The notes below the pieces were generated by a model. It worked only from the letters and a program-made list of their open reading frames with translations, did no database searches and was not told the origin of the DNA. This document shows, piece after piece, positions 45,076 to 60,304 of a stretch of DNA of 64,000 nucleotides. This DNA is from Eledone cirrhosa (lineage: Eukaryota). The stretch covers positions 312,790,001-312,854,000 of the forward strand of contig OZ024743.1 in assembly GCA_964016885.1 (NCBI GenBank), read 5' to 3'. Every line of letters starts with the position of its first letter. Positions within the stretch are counted from its first letter, which is position 1. The translations under genes were made by a program, and so were the position numbers.

Positions 45076-45354
45076 AATAATAATAATAATAATGATAAAA
45101 GTAATATAAATAAACATAAAAGTAATAATAATAAGAGTGTTAATTACTGTTCTATGGGGGAAGGAGTCGTGGGGGGGGGGGGGGGGGGGGGGGGCAGTGA
45201 CGTGTGTGTCTGTAGAGGGGATTATTTGTTGTTTGGCACAGTATAGAGATTGTCCTACCATATACAGGAGTGCAGGTGTGGTGAGTGTGCATGAAGAAAT
45301 ATGTTACAATTATATGACTCTGAAGCTGCTTTTAGGAGCTAGTTGTGGTTTATG

Positions 45355-45583
45355 TTAACCCTTTAGCATTTAAACTGGCTGTATCTGGCCAGAATTCTCT
45401 CACCTCTTTCTGTTCAAACCAGCCATAATTGGCAGCTCATACTGATGTTATGGTATTGTTCTCAAAATGAATAACATCAAAATCTCATAGATTTGATATT
45501 ATGTGAGATGATTATGTAAGATAAAGCCTTTACCACAAAAATACAACAGTATATATAGAGTAATGTAAATGCTAAAGGGTTAA
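45355..45583. mobile_element. piggyBac-type MITE family B
   Basis: Perfect TIRs and TTAA on both sides. Confidence 0.85.
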
Positions 45584-46379
45584 ATGTGAAAGCAGAAAGA
45601 ATATGTCTTAGAGTGTTTGCAGCTTACAATTATCTTGAATTTTGCGTTGGATTTCAATTTAATGATCTTCACTGATTTGGCCAGACACAGGCTGTAGTGG
45701 CTTTTTCTGACAGATTAAGGAGTCATGCACCTACACATGAACCTCTTGATCTGGTACATCATGTTGTTATCTTTAAGACCCCAGATCAAGTCAGCCAGTC
45801 ATGTGTGGGAGCGCTTGTTTCTGTTATTATAGTTGTATAGCCAATCCTTAAATGTTGTGGAGGTTGCTCTGATACACGTGTATTCTTTTTGTATTTGTCA
45901 CCACATCACACTGGTATATGATGTTCCTAGAGAGGTGCACATTTCCCAGCTTTGGGTATACAGTTACAACTTTTATTTATCTGAGTCACTGTTTCTTGTT
46001 GTTGGTCAGCCCCATTGTTAGGTGTGGTTTGTGAGGTGTGATTATGTGAGTGTTATCGGATGGTTCTTCTGTTTTGTTATACACTTTCAATTTGGTTCTA
46101 TTTGTATGCTATGCCATTGGCTAGGTTAGGTGAAGTAGAAAAGGAAATTTTACTGGGTGCCTTATAAATAATTTGTGGTATCTGTGTGTATGTGGAAAGG
46201 ATCCGTTCAGGGCCCTGAAAAAGATTCCAATGACATTGGTTGCAACGTGTCTCTATGGCATATTGTACCACATCACTGAGAAGAAGAGAAAGGGCTTAAC
46301 CCAGATAGAGTCAACAAAACAACCTGTTATTAAAACTGACAGCTGTTTGGTCAAAACCAGACTAGTATAGTGTTACCAT

Positions 46380-47010
46380 CAATTGTTACTAGAACAAAGG
46401 AGATGCTATACCGAGATGCAATTATAGAGATATAAAATTATTGATGTAGTTAGTTATGAAAGTTACTGAAAGGGCTGTAACACAATCAAATTGGAAGAGA
46501 ATTAGTCTAGACAGGATGAAATTCCGATTTATGCCCAGTTGGATTGCTCTCAATGCCCTCTTTTTTGTAATTCAAATACAAGAGAAATACTTAGCTAGGG
46601 GTAAGCCAATTTATCTGGATATCTTGAAAATGGAGAAGGGCTTGATAGGGTTTCTTGGTCTGTAGTCTGTTAGTCATTATGAAAACTAGGGATAGGGCCA
46701 TGGCTCGTGAGAGATGTTTAAGCCATATACAGAGAACTGTCAGCAAAGTGAGACCTAACAATGATTTCAGTGAGGAATTTGGTGCATGTTGGTGTACACC
46801 AGGGCTCTGTTCTCAGTCCTCTTCTGATGATTACACTTCTCTATACCTTAACAGCTGTTAATGATCAAAGATTTAAAAAGGGAATAACAAATTTGACGGC
46901 AAAGCCTAGAATTGAAAGACCCCAAAGTAAATACACTAAAAACTGAAGATTTATTTAGTAGGGAAAAAAAAAGATATTACTGCTCTCAGAAAAGTGGCCA
47001 GGCTTGATAT

Positions 47011-47044
<34 letters not shown>

Positions 47045-47200
47045 AAAGTATGTAGAAATATGGTGTACACTATATCAACATATAAATATGGTGTACACTA
47101 TATCAACATATAAAATATGGATGCAGAAACTGTAGTGTAATCAAAGGCAGGCTAACAGGGAAATTAAACTTCATATGTGGCAAATACACAAAAGTAATTA
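46380..47200 (+). mobile_element. Decayed RTE RT fragment
   Basis: QIQEKYLARGKPIYL and VGVHQGSVLSPLL remnants. Confidence 0.8.
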
Positions 47201-47636
47201 GCAGTTAGAATAACTAATACCCAGAAAGGGATACAGCAACATATCTAGAGCTGGTGCCATAATAAAATGCCTCAGCTAGATGGCTGGTGGTTGGAGACAA
47301 CATAAATTAGTGATGACCTTTTAATTATGTCAAGGACTCAATAGACACACTCTAGTAGCAGTACATTATAAAATGTACCCAGTACACTTTAAAAGTGATT
47401 AGGTGTTAGGACAGGTATACAGCCATACAAACCATGCATGAGTAAGATGTAATCTTCCAATCCATTTAACCAATGCCAGCAATGGGAAGTGAACCTAAGA
47501 AGGTGATGATGATGATGATTATATATATGTCCATAACAAAAATAGCGAACAGATGATTTCCTCAGCAAAACGTGCATATTCGATAGAAATATTGTGAATT
47601 TAACCTAATTTTGTGTATGTGTGTGTGTGTGTATAA

Positions 47637-47729
<93 letters not shown>

Positions 47730-47730
47730 T

Positions 47731-47780
47731 GACTTCTACAGGACTATCACTGTTTCATTCATATGAAATCATCAGGAATG
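47731..47780 (-). ncRNA. Type I hammerhead motif, same family as the 36 kb copy
   Basis: Minus strand: UUC CUGAUGA UUUCA-UA-UGAAU GAAA CAG-UGAUAGUC-CUG UA|GAA. A decayed mirror copy lies at 47780-47820. Confidence 0.7.
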
Positions 47781-49375
47781 ATTCCTGATGATTTTATATG
47801 AATGAAGCAGTTAGAAGTCATTTCTCTCTCTATATATATAATAAAAATGCCTATATTATACCTGACGCAACTTCGGAATCTACACACACACACACACACA
47901 CACATATGGTTGTGTAGGTCTCACAATAAAAAGCACCCAGTCCACACCGTAAAGCCGTCATGTAGAAGTCACAACAAAAAGCACCCAGCCCACACTGTAA
48001 AGTGGTCGTGTAGGCATCACAATAAAAAGCACCTAGCCCACACTGTAAAGTGGTCGTGTAGGCATCACAATAAAAAGCACCTAGCCCACACTGTAAAGTG
48101 GTCATGTAGGCATCACAATAAAAAGCACTTAGCCCACACTATAAAGTAGTCATGTAGGAGTTACGACAAAAAGCACCCAGCACACACTATAAATGTTATT
48201 GGCATTAGGAAGGGCATCCAGCTGTAGAAACCTAGCCAGAAACAGTTCTGTATGAGCAGAACATGGTCACCTGACCCAACTTGCCTCAAATGGGACAAAA
48301 CTGCCTAACCCATGCAAGCATGGAAAGTGGACATTAAATGATGATGATGATACATATATATATATATATATATATATATCATCATCACCGTTTTACGTCC
48401 GTTCTTCCATGCTAGCATGGGTTAGATGGGTTGTCCTGTTGTGGGCAGTGTCTGGTCAGCTGACCATGCCTTGCTCATACAGGAACTGATTTTGGCTTGA
48501 TTTCTACAGCTGGAGGCCCTTCCATATATATGTAGATAACCACAGAAAAAGATAGAATAAGGTTCTTATCTCATTTAATACCTTACAATTATTTTGGCAT
48601 TACCACTGATCATTACACAGTTAATAAAAACTTAAAAAGATGGAATAAAATTGTGTGTAACAGGTGCAAAGAAAATGGCAAAAACCTCTTCAGAAGCAAA
48701 AACAAGCAAAAAATAAAACAAAATACAATATTCAAAATAGGAAGCTTCTGTAAGATTTCTCATCAACTGCAACCCCCAACAATATATGTTATCTATTAGT
48801 GTAAATGTCATTGTTAATGTAGAAATACTTTAAATAAAATAGATCTTGGTAGTATTTATACAGAGAAGTAGTCTTAAGTCATTATTATGGCTGCTGCTGC
48901 AGCAATATTTTAATAATGGCTGCTAAATCCATAGGGTTTCCCATTGTTCTAGAAAGTCATCTATGATATAGCTGTAGATGAACTTTTAAAGCAACTTACC
49001 ATAAAATGAGGTCAACAAACAACACCTCAATAACTAATGCTACTCGGAAATAATAGGAAAAATCAAATAACTGTAAATCTTCCGAGAATAAACAGTAAAG
49101 TAATTCATTCTTGTATTATTCTTTTGCTAGTTTCAGTCATTAGACTGGGGCCATGCTGGGGCACTGCCTTCAAGGAATTTAGATGGTTATATCAACCTCA
49201 GTAACTAAATTTTTCAAGTCTATTACTTATTTTATTGATCTCTTTTTTGTCAAAATGCAAAATTACTGGATATAAACACACGCACACATATATATATATA
49301 TATACTCTACTTTCTGTAATGTATGGGGTACTATGTTGTATAATGGTCTTATACACACACACATATATATATATA

Positions 49376-49699
49376 TGGCTTAGTGGTTAGAGCATTGGCC
49401 TTGCAATCGAAAGGTTGTGAGTTCAATTCTCAGACCGGGTGATGTGTTGTTTCCTTGAGCAAGACACTTTATTTCACATTGCTCCAGTTTACTCAGATGT
49501 AGAAATGAGATGATAGGGGTCCCTATCATTCCACTGAAAAGTGGTCGTGTAGGTGCCACGGCAAAAAAAAAGCACCCAGCACTCACTGTAAATGAGGTTG
49601 GTGTTAGGAAGGGCATCCAGCTGTAAAAATCAAACCAGAATAAGTTCCCGTCCCACCCTTACAAGCAGGGAAAAGTGGACGTAAAATGATGATGATGAT
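49376..49699 (+). mobile_element. Same SINE family, tail-to-tail with the RTE at 49711
   Basis: Full copy. Confidence 0.9.
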
Positions 49700-49710
49700 A
49701 TATATATATA

Positions 49711-51640
<1,930 letters not shown>

Positions 51641-52099
51641 CTATATATATATATATAAGACCCAACGAGCCTAGTTGTTTTGCCATTTTATAATAATAAT
51701 GAAATTATTGTGTACAGTGCTCAGGTGCACTACAACTCATCAAAGGTGCATGTATAGTACATAGAATAATGTACAAATGTCAGGAATTTTGTCCACACAA
51801 CAAAGCAAGATCTCTTCCTGTCTTTAACTTGACTGAACTAAGGCTTTCTCAGAAATGAAACAACAGTAAGTGCGCTAGTGATCTCATTGGTTATCACGGA
51901 GCTGTTGGCTATTTATGAAGGTACTCGGGAAAACCCTGTATCATGGGAACCCATGCTCCGATTTATGCAAAACTTGTTTTATTCCATTTGTATTCCCATT
52001 TCAAGGGCAACTTCCTTTCAAAGTATTTTCCCATTATGCGCTGTTTTCGCTGTATTAAATTACAGACAAGCACACAATCACAGAGTTGTAGTAGTAGTA

Positions 52100-52149
<50 letters not shown>

Positions 52150-52154
<5 letters not shown>

Positions 52155-52404
52155 ATAAGAAATGGAGAATCAGTGTTGCGACGAATAAAATTTATTAGAC
52201 ATATTACAATCGTTTCTCTGGCGACCAGCTCGAGGCACGATTGATGTAATGATCAAACCTGACTCTGAAATAGCAAGGTCCTCAGATATGTCTCGATTCT
52301 CCGTTTCTTATGTGATATCATACTCTGCTCTGTAAGAGCATCTAGTGCTCAAATAGGCTACTGCTTATGGACGCTTTAAGCATCCCACACCAATTATATA
52401 TATA
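52150..52404. mobile_element. HHR-bearing element with short inverted end and tail, within (TA)n
   Basis: TCACATAAGAAATGGAGAATC (52151-52171) is inverted at 52295-52315. The tail begins ATACTCTGCT, like the tail of the 36 kb element. Confidence 0.6.
52197..52293 (-). ncRNA. Type I hammerhead motif with long stem II
   Basis: Minus strand: AGACAUAU CUGAGGA [about 60 nt] GAAA CGAUUG UA|AUAUGUCU. Perfect 8-bp stem I and minimal near-palindromic stem III, followed by AAUAAA. Confidence 0.7.
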
Positions 52405-55158
52405 TATATTATTCAAAATATTAATAAATGAAAAATATTCTCATAACCAAAATATATATTTTATTATACATATTTCAAAGGTATAATGGTGTTTAAGTAC
52501 GTTTTCATCAGATAAAATATATGAGAGATTGGATATGCGACATATATATATATATATATATATATATTCCATTTATGTTGGATGGTTTAACTAATGGGTA
52601 GATCTAGTCATTCGGATTAGAAGACTGTGATACAATAAGCCAAAGCACATTATGCATATCATTCATCGTAGATGTAGTATCTTGAGGTTGGTGCAAGGAT
52701 GGAGTTAAATACTTCAATATATGTATATGATGTGCTTCTGTAGTTTTATCTCTTAAATTTCACTCACAAGTTATTGGTCAATCTGAGGAGGCTATAGTAG
52801 AAGACATTTGCTTAAAGTGCCACACATTAGGACTAAACATGAAAGTATGAGGTTATGAAGCAAACACTCTTTCCCACACAGCTAGGCCTGCACCTATTTG
52901 CTGTAATTTTCCTGAAATAAACATTTAAAACACTAACATACTACATTCTTTTATTGGTTTTAATTATTAGACTGCAGCCATGCTGGGGCACTATTTTCAA
53001 AACATTTAGTTTTTCATGTTATATATTTAACAGTATGCCAAGTCACAGGAGATAACCAAACAGTAAACAGAAACACAGATACATATGCAATAGTTAAATA
53101 CAATTTTCTTAGTCATAAGCTGTTGTATTTAACTCTTTTGATATGCAAAACACCTGAACTGCCCCAATTCTATAATACTAAGCTGTTTATCTAAAATTGT
53201 TTATATTTATCTAAAATATCTTCCATCATAATTTTATGTAAGAAATTTTGTTAGGTTGTGTTCCAAATAAATTAATAATGAGAAAGTTAGTTGTATTAAT
53301 AAATGCCTCCAAATTCTTGATTATTTTCAAAATTATTTGAAAAATTACAGGCAGTTTGAAAAACCAGCTATATAATGAGAAAGTTGATTATATTACTAAA
53401 TCCCTCCAAATTCTTAAATATTTTCAAATGAGAGAAACACCAGTGTTGCTTGTTGTGGCATGTAACCGAGTGTGCATGTGTTCTGCTTCCTTTCTTTTTT
53501 CTCTAATTATTTTCTTTCTGAAAATTACTGAACTTTTGATAATTTATGTAAATAAAATTCTGACACATTACATTTGAAAATTATTGGCAATGTCTTTCAT
53601 CAGAAATGATAATGAAAGAGTCAAGTTGTGTTTCAAATACCAGCTAAATAATGAGAAAGATAGTTATATTACTAAATCCCTCCAAATTCTTGATTATTTT
53701 TTAAATGATTTCAATATTATAGAAAGCATCTCTACATTAGAAATATGATAATGAAAGGGTTAAGTTTTATTCTAGCATTTTCAGAAAATATAAATTATAT
53801 TTCGCTTTTAACTAGTTCTGATTCTGAACCAAATTTAAAGAACCAGGACATGATCTTATCATACCAGCATCATCATTCTTGTTTTAAAGCACACATGTGA
53901 TGTTTCTATCAACATTCTAAGAAAATATAATTAAAATAAAAACAAAAAATAATATAGGAAAGTAATAAAAAAAATTGATGAGTAATGTTTGAAGGAAGAG
54001 AAGAAACAAAATTGAAATCTAGATTGAAGGAAAATATATAAAGATAAACATTATAGTTTTTCTGCATGTGTTAAGGATGATATCATATCGACAGCCAATC
54101 CAGATCAAAATCAATAAAATAGTAAATGAATATCAGACCAATATTGATTTTATGACTGGGGGGAAAAATGCCAACAAAAAGTGTATCATTAATAGCAGAA
54201 TGTGATAGTTATTTTATATTAGCAGCTGGATATGGATTAAGAGTGTGTGTTACATACAAGATAAATCAATAGAAGCTATTTAGGTGAACTAACTATATAA
54301 GAGAAAAACCTTGTTACTCTACAGACTATTTTCAAAGTACAAATATCTATTTAAACATTATCACTTGAAATTTGTAATAAACTCACAACAACAAGCACAA
54401 AAAAAGGGGAAAGGAAAGCAGCTGATTGTCAGATCGGACCAAGGAAACAATGTTTCCATTGATCTTTCCATTGTCGATACTATCTGTCAGATGCAATTCC
54501 TAGTAGAAGAAGCAGTGTGAAATAAGGTTCTTTGCTCAAGAACGGAACATGCCACCTGGATCAGGAATCGAACCCACAACTTTGGGATTGGCATGTAACA
54601 CTACTAGGCTACATGCCTTCACAATGATAAGCATTTAAACCCCTAATAACCATATTTTTAACGAAAGACACTGCCTATAATTTTCAAATCATTAAAAAAT
54701 AATCAATAATTATGGGAAATTTACTACTATAACTTTCTCATGATTTATATACCTTGTATATTTGGTTTAGAACAAATACAATATATCCCTGCATGAGAGG
54801 CAGTTAAAAAGGGTTAAAAGAGTTAAAAGGGCTAATAACAGGAAGGACAACCAGCCATAAAACATTACCTCAATGTGTATGAAGTCTGTCAGAGACCCCA
54901 CAAGGTTAACTCCTACTCTGGCTGGGAAAATGGCCTTAAAATATTTGTTCTGTTGTTATTTACTGTTTGGGGCATAACTTAACCCTTCCATTGTCATATT
55001 TGAATTGAAAGAGACTGCCTATGATTTTCAACTCATTTTTTTAAAATGAATCAAGAATTTGAAAGGATTTAGTAATGTGACTAAGCTGGTATTTGGAGAA
55101 TAACATATCACACTTTCTTATATAGAATTATGATGGAAACGTTTTAGATAAAGATAAA

Positions 55159-57500
55159 CATCATCATCATCATCATCATCATCGTTTAACGTCCGTGTTC
55201 CACGCTTGCATGGGTTTGGACGGGGGTTTTCCCACTTGAGACAAGAGTGATTGTCTTGCTCGCATAGGACTGTCTGGCGGGTTTTCTACAGCTGGATGCC
55301 CTTCCTAACACCAACCACATTTACAGTGTGGGGCTGGGAGGTTTTTACCGTGTTGCCTACATGGCCACATTTACAGCGTGGACTGTGTGTTTTTTTGTCG
55401 TGACACCTACACGATCTCATTTGTTTCGGCCTGGATGTTGTGGCACCAACATAACTTTACATTGAAAGGGGCGGTGTGGATGGGGTGGGGTGGTGGGACG
55501 GGGGTGTATTTTGTTAGAGATGCCTACTCACTGTAGTAGGTTTTACTTTGCATCAAGGTAAGGCGGGTCTTCTCTATTACTGAGTACCGCCAAAGGTCTC
55601 GGTCCAGTGACATTGTCTTGGAGAGGTGTAAGTGTGTGAGGTCGGAATTTATCAGCTCGTCCCAGGTTTTTCTGGGTCTGCCTACTCCGTAGCTACCGTC
55701 TATCTTTATTGCCCTGCACTTTGTTATACAGCTGTCGTCTTTCATGCGCATCACGTGACCATACCAACGTAGCCTTCTCTCAAGTAAACAACATCTGATC
55801 CCTCTTATTTCTAATTTTTTCCTTAGTTCGCTTATGCTTTGCCGTTCACGTATGTTACTATTACACATCCAGCGGAGCATGCAAGCTTCGTTCCTCTCTA
55901 GTCTGCGTATATCCTCTGCACACAATGCCCAGGTCTCACTGCCATGCAACATTGCTGTTCGTATGCAGGCATCATACAACCTGCCTTTCATTTTTAGGGA
56001 GAACTCTTTAGTGGCTAATAGTGGTATAAGCTCTCTGAACTTTTTGCATCCAGTTCTGACTCTAGCTACTGTACTTTCAGAGCACCCTCCCCCACTGCTG
56101 ATTTTGTCACCCAGGTAACGGAAGCTGTCCACTATTTCTATAGAACCCTCTGCGCAATTGAAAGAGCTAGTATTTTGTGGGCACTTGCTGCACCAGAGCA
56201 CCGGCCACATGTAAAATCTATGTTCTTAGTTAGCTTACCTGTGATCCCACTACATCTTTTATGCACCCATACTTTGCATTTGGGACATAAAATGGAGTTT
56301 CTACCTACGCCTTTCCTACACACTGAGCATGGCCATTTCCCAGAAGGGACCGTCGCCTTATTTTCTTTCTTGCAAACTAGAACTTTAGTCTTAGCCAGGT
56401 TAATTTTAAGCCCTTTTGATTCTAGGCCATGCTTCCATGTTTGGAATTTCTTCTCTAGTTTGGCCATTGATTCAGTTATGAGCGTTAGATCATCTGCGTA
56501 TAGGAGTTCCCATGGGCAGCCGGTCTTGAACTCCACTGTTATAGCCTGAAGGGCAATAATAAATAGTAGGGGGCTAAGAACAGAGCCCTGATGTACACCA
56601 ACTTTTACACTAAACTCTTCACTATATTCGTTGTTAATTCTAACCTTGCTGACTGTTTCTTTATACATGGCTTGTATAGCTCTCACAAGCCATTCATCAA
56701 CACCTAGTTTTCTAAGAGCCCACCAGATAATGGAACGGGGGACTCTGTCGAAGGCTTTCTCCAAGTCAACAAAAGCTAAGTATAGGGGTTTACTTTTAGC
56801 TAGGTACTTCTCCTGTAGTTGTCGTACAATGAAAAGAGCGTCTGTGGTACTTTTGCCTGACACAAAACCGAACTGCATTTCATTTAGATCAATTCTCTCT
56901 CTGATTAGTTGCGCTATAACTTTTTCCGTGACCTTCATGACCTGGTCGATTAATTTAATGCCTCTATAGTTACTCCTATCTAGGGCATCTCCTTTACCCT
57001 TGTAACAGTTAATGATGATGCTGCTACGCCAGTCCTTCGGAACAACCCCATTCTGTATGACTTGGTTTACTATCCGGGTGACCATGGTGTGTCCCACCGT
57101 TCCAGAGGCTTTCAGCATCTCAGCAACTATTTCCGAAGGCCCAGCCGCCTTACTCATCTTCATATCTTTGATTGCCTTACTTATTATACTACCTTCGACT
57201 AACACTGCTGGTCCCTCTATTGGATCGATGTGGGGGCAGACTATCTTTGTCCCATTTATTCTCCTCATTTAGTAGCCTCTCATAGTGACACTTCCAAGCT
57301 ACCTTCTTATCAGCGTCAGTGATGGCAAGTACACCATCATCATTAAGTACACACTTCTCCCCGACAATATCACGGTTTTCCTTGACACATTGCCTAGCAA
57401 TCCTGAACACCTCACGTTTTTGGTCCTCACGTTGTAGAACATGCTTGAACTTCACGTTGTAGAACATGCTTGAACTTCCCGTTGTAGAACATGCTTGAAC
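55159..57500 (-). mobile_element. RTE-clade non-LTR retrotransposon, 5'-truncated, two frameshifts
   Basis: RT motifs (NYRGIKL, QFGF, FVDLEKAFDRV, GVHQGSVLSPLLF, LLYADD), a Cys/His finger, an RTE C-terminus (RRLRWYGHVMR, GRPRKTW), and a 3' UTR ending in (GAT)n. Confidence 0.95.
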
Positions 57501-57790
57501 ACTTTAAAATAAACACCTTATTATTGAAGAAAGAGGGCAGTTTTAGGTGGTGTGGTAACAAACAAGTTAGGGTTATTTATACAACTAAAGCAGGGGTTAT
57601 ATTTGCAGACCCTGGCATATATGATCTTTTTTGAGGCAATGTTTTACAGTCTGGTGACTTTCCTGGTGCCAACATTTTTAATCACCTCTTAGAACACACA
57701 GTAATATGGTGCACCTATTCTAAACCTGATAAACAAAGTTATAATGAAACCAGTAAAAATATATATATATTCATTTTATTAAGGATAAAT

Positions 57791-57849
57791 AGTGAGTCTT
57801 ATTACTCTGGAGTTTCACCTTTTTATCACAGGGTCATCAGACAAGCACT
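57791..57849 (-). ncRNA. Type I hammerhead motif (single copy, no mirror arm)
   Basis: Minus strand: AGUG-CUUGU CUGAUGA CCCU-GUGAUAAAA-AGGU GAAA CUC-CA-GAG UA|AUAAG-ACU-CACU, then AAUAAA and (TA)n. Confidence 0.72.
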
Positions 57850-59719
57850 GTTTCAATAGCAGACACAGTATAAAAAAAGACTCAAGGTGGAAGAAAGGGA
57901 TTTAATTGAGAGGGGTGATTAAGATACAGTAGACAGGGAGGGGGTGAAAGTGGGGGAGGTTAAGGCTGTGTGAAAAAATGATGATAATGGGTAATATTGG
58001 ACATAACCATAGAATTTAAACTGGTCAGTGGGAGGCAGGTGATGAATGGGAAGGTGGATATATATATATAAGACATACAAGGAAATATATTGAAAAATTA
58101 AAAAATATATATACACATATGTATACAAGATACATATATGTGCATATGAATCTATACACATACATATAAACATACATATACATATGCACACATATATACA
58201 TACACACACACACACACACATACACATATGAATGCTCATACACACATAAAAATATGCGTATATACATACACATAAAAATACGAGCACATATCTATATAAA
58301 TACATGCCTACACACAGACATGCATATATACATACAGATATGAATATGAGTATACATGTTCCAATATATACATATATATACATGATTGACAGGTGGATGT
58401 GTGAATACTGTGAGGGGTTGATAGTGATGGTGATGGTGGGGATGTTGGTACAGTGGAAATGAGTAAAGAATATAAAATGATGTAGTTTAAAATTTAAAGA
58501 ATTAAGTACAATGAAGATTATTGGAATATAAAATTATAGAATATGAAGTGTAGAGCTGTGATATCTAAGGGTGGTTGAATGTATGATAATAGTGATGGTG
58601 GAAGTTATGATGGGTGAATGCGTGGTGGCAGGGTGATATTGCTGTTAAGTAGATATGTGAAATATATAAGGTGTCACGACAGCAACCATCACACACTGTA
58701 AATGTGGTTGGCATTAGGAAAGGCATCCAGCTGTAGAAAACAAGCCAAAATCAGTTCCTTGTATGTGAATCAAGTTCCTCTGACCTAATTTCTCACAAAG
58801 GGACTGCCCGTCCTACCCATGCTACCATGGAAAATGGATGCTAAACGATAAGATATATGAATATAACATTTTCTCTGTTGTTTTAAATTTCTGCCATTTT
58901 TGTTTTCCTCATGTCTATTTAGTTACAAATTATAACAGGATTTACCTAGAAGGATCATATACATAAATCAACAAAGCTACTTACTATGTAAAGAAAACAT
59001 AGTTTTTATATATATTGCTATATAGTGACGATGTAATTTTAAAGTGATAGTGCTGATGCTATAACAAAGTGCACATTCTGTAAACTGGTTGGTGTTAGGA
59101 AGGGCATTCATAGAAACCAAGTCAAATATGGCATGTATGAGTATAACATGGTTCTCAGACCAGTCTCAGGTTGTGACAACCTATCTAACCCTTGCTAACA
59201 TGAAAAAGAAACAGATGTAAAATGAAGCAGTATGTTATTTGAAGACTATAACAATGCAAAATGGATGGTAGATTTTGTCCATTTCACATTGTTGTAGTCT
59301 TTAGATAACATAATTTACCATGAAAATGCAATAGTAAATATAGAGTAATGTAAATGCTAAAGGGTTAAATTAAAATGGAGACAGCTAAGTTGCGATTTCT
59401 ATGGATGTACAGTTTCAAAGATGAGGACTCTTTACTCTTGTTAAAAATACAACTAGTGCTAATGCCATGGTGAAAATGAGCCAGTACAGGTACCAAGCTA
59501 TTGAAACCCTCTCAACTAAACGTAGTGATGACATTCTTCAATCATGTCAAGGACATGACAAGCTGTAGTTCTTATTTCTTATTTAATAGATATCCTGAAA
59601 AGTGACTGGCATTCGGAAGGGCATTCACTCAGAAACTATAATAAAACTGAAATGTATATAAGTGAGATATGGTTCGCTGAACCATTTAGGAGGAGAATAA
59701 TTCTGATTAAGTACTGACT

Positions 59720-59922
59720 TACCATATATACTCAAATATAAGCTGAGGAATATGTGACCAAAAAATTGATGGTAAAATGGGAGGTTGGCTTATATATGCC
59801 ATCTAAATTATGTGTTGATTAGCTGCCTCAGTTTATAAATGTATTTTCTCCTATTTCTCAAACATAAAATAGGAGCAGGTTGGTTTATATTTGGATAGGT
59901 TTATATTTGAGTATATATGGTA
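59720..59922. mobile_element. Tc1/mariner-superfamily (Tc2/pogo-like) MITE
   Basis: TA|CCATATATACTCAAATATAA...TTATATTTGAGTATATATGG|TA: 20-bp TIRs with a TA target site. It interrupts an RTE-type tail remnant. Confidence 0.75.
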
Positions 59923-60273
59923 GTCTGTAATGATCAGTTCAACCAATGCCAGCATGGAAAAACAGACATAAAATGCTGCTGATGATGATGATGAGGATAT
60001 TGACAACTGATAAAATTGTTTAGCATTTCATTTATCGAAAGAAGCAAGCTGTTCAGCTCTGTTATGTAATATAACAAAAGATGTGATGTTTAGGTCACAG
60101 ACATACTGTGTATAGAAGAGAGCAGATTGTCAGACCATATTGAGCATGGTAGAGATATATAGAACATACTGTGTATGTGAGCAGGGCCAGATTTACTGGG
60201 GGCCAGTGGAAGCGAATGCCCTGGGCCCCTACATCAAACAGAGCCTCTTCTTCTCTCTCTCTCTTCCTGCTTA

Positions 60274-60304
<31 letters not shown>

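Noticed and set aside
52495-52525. Minus-strand CTGATGAAAACGTAC
   Set aside because: No stem II and no stem I pairing; chance match.
60181-60232. CAGGGCC-type hAT-like terminus
   Set aside because: No matching opposite end or TSD identified nearby.
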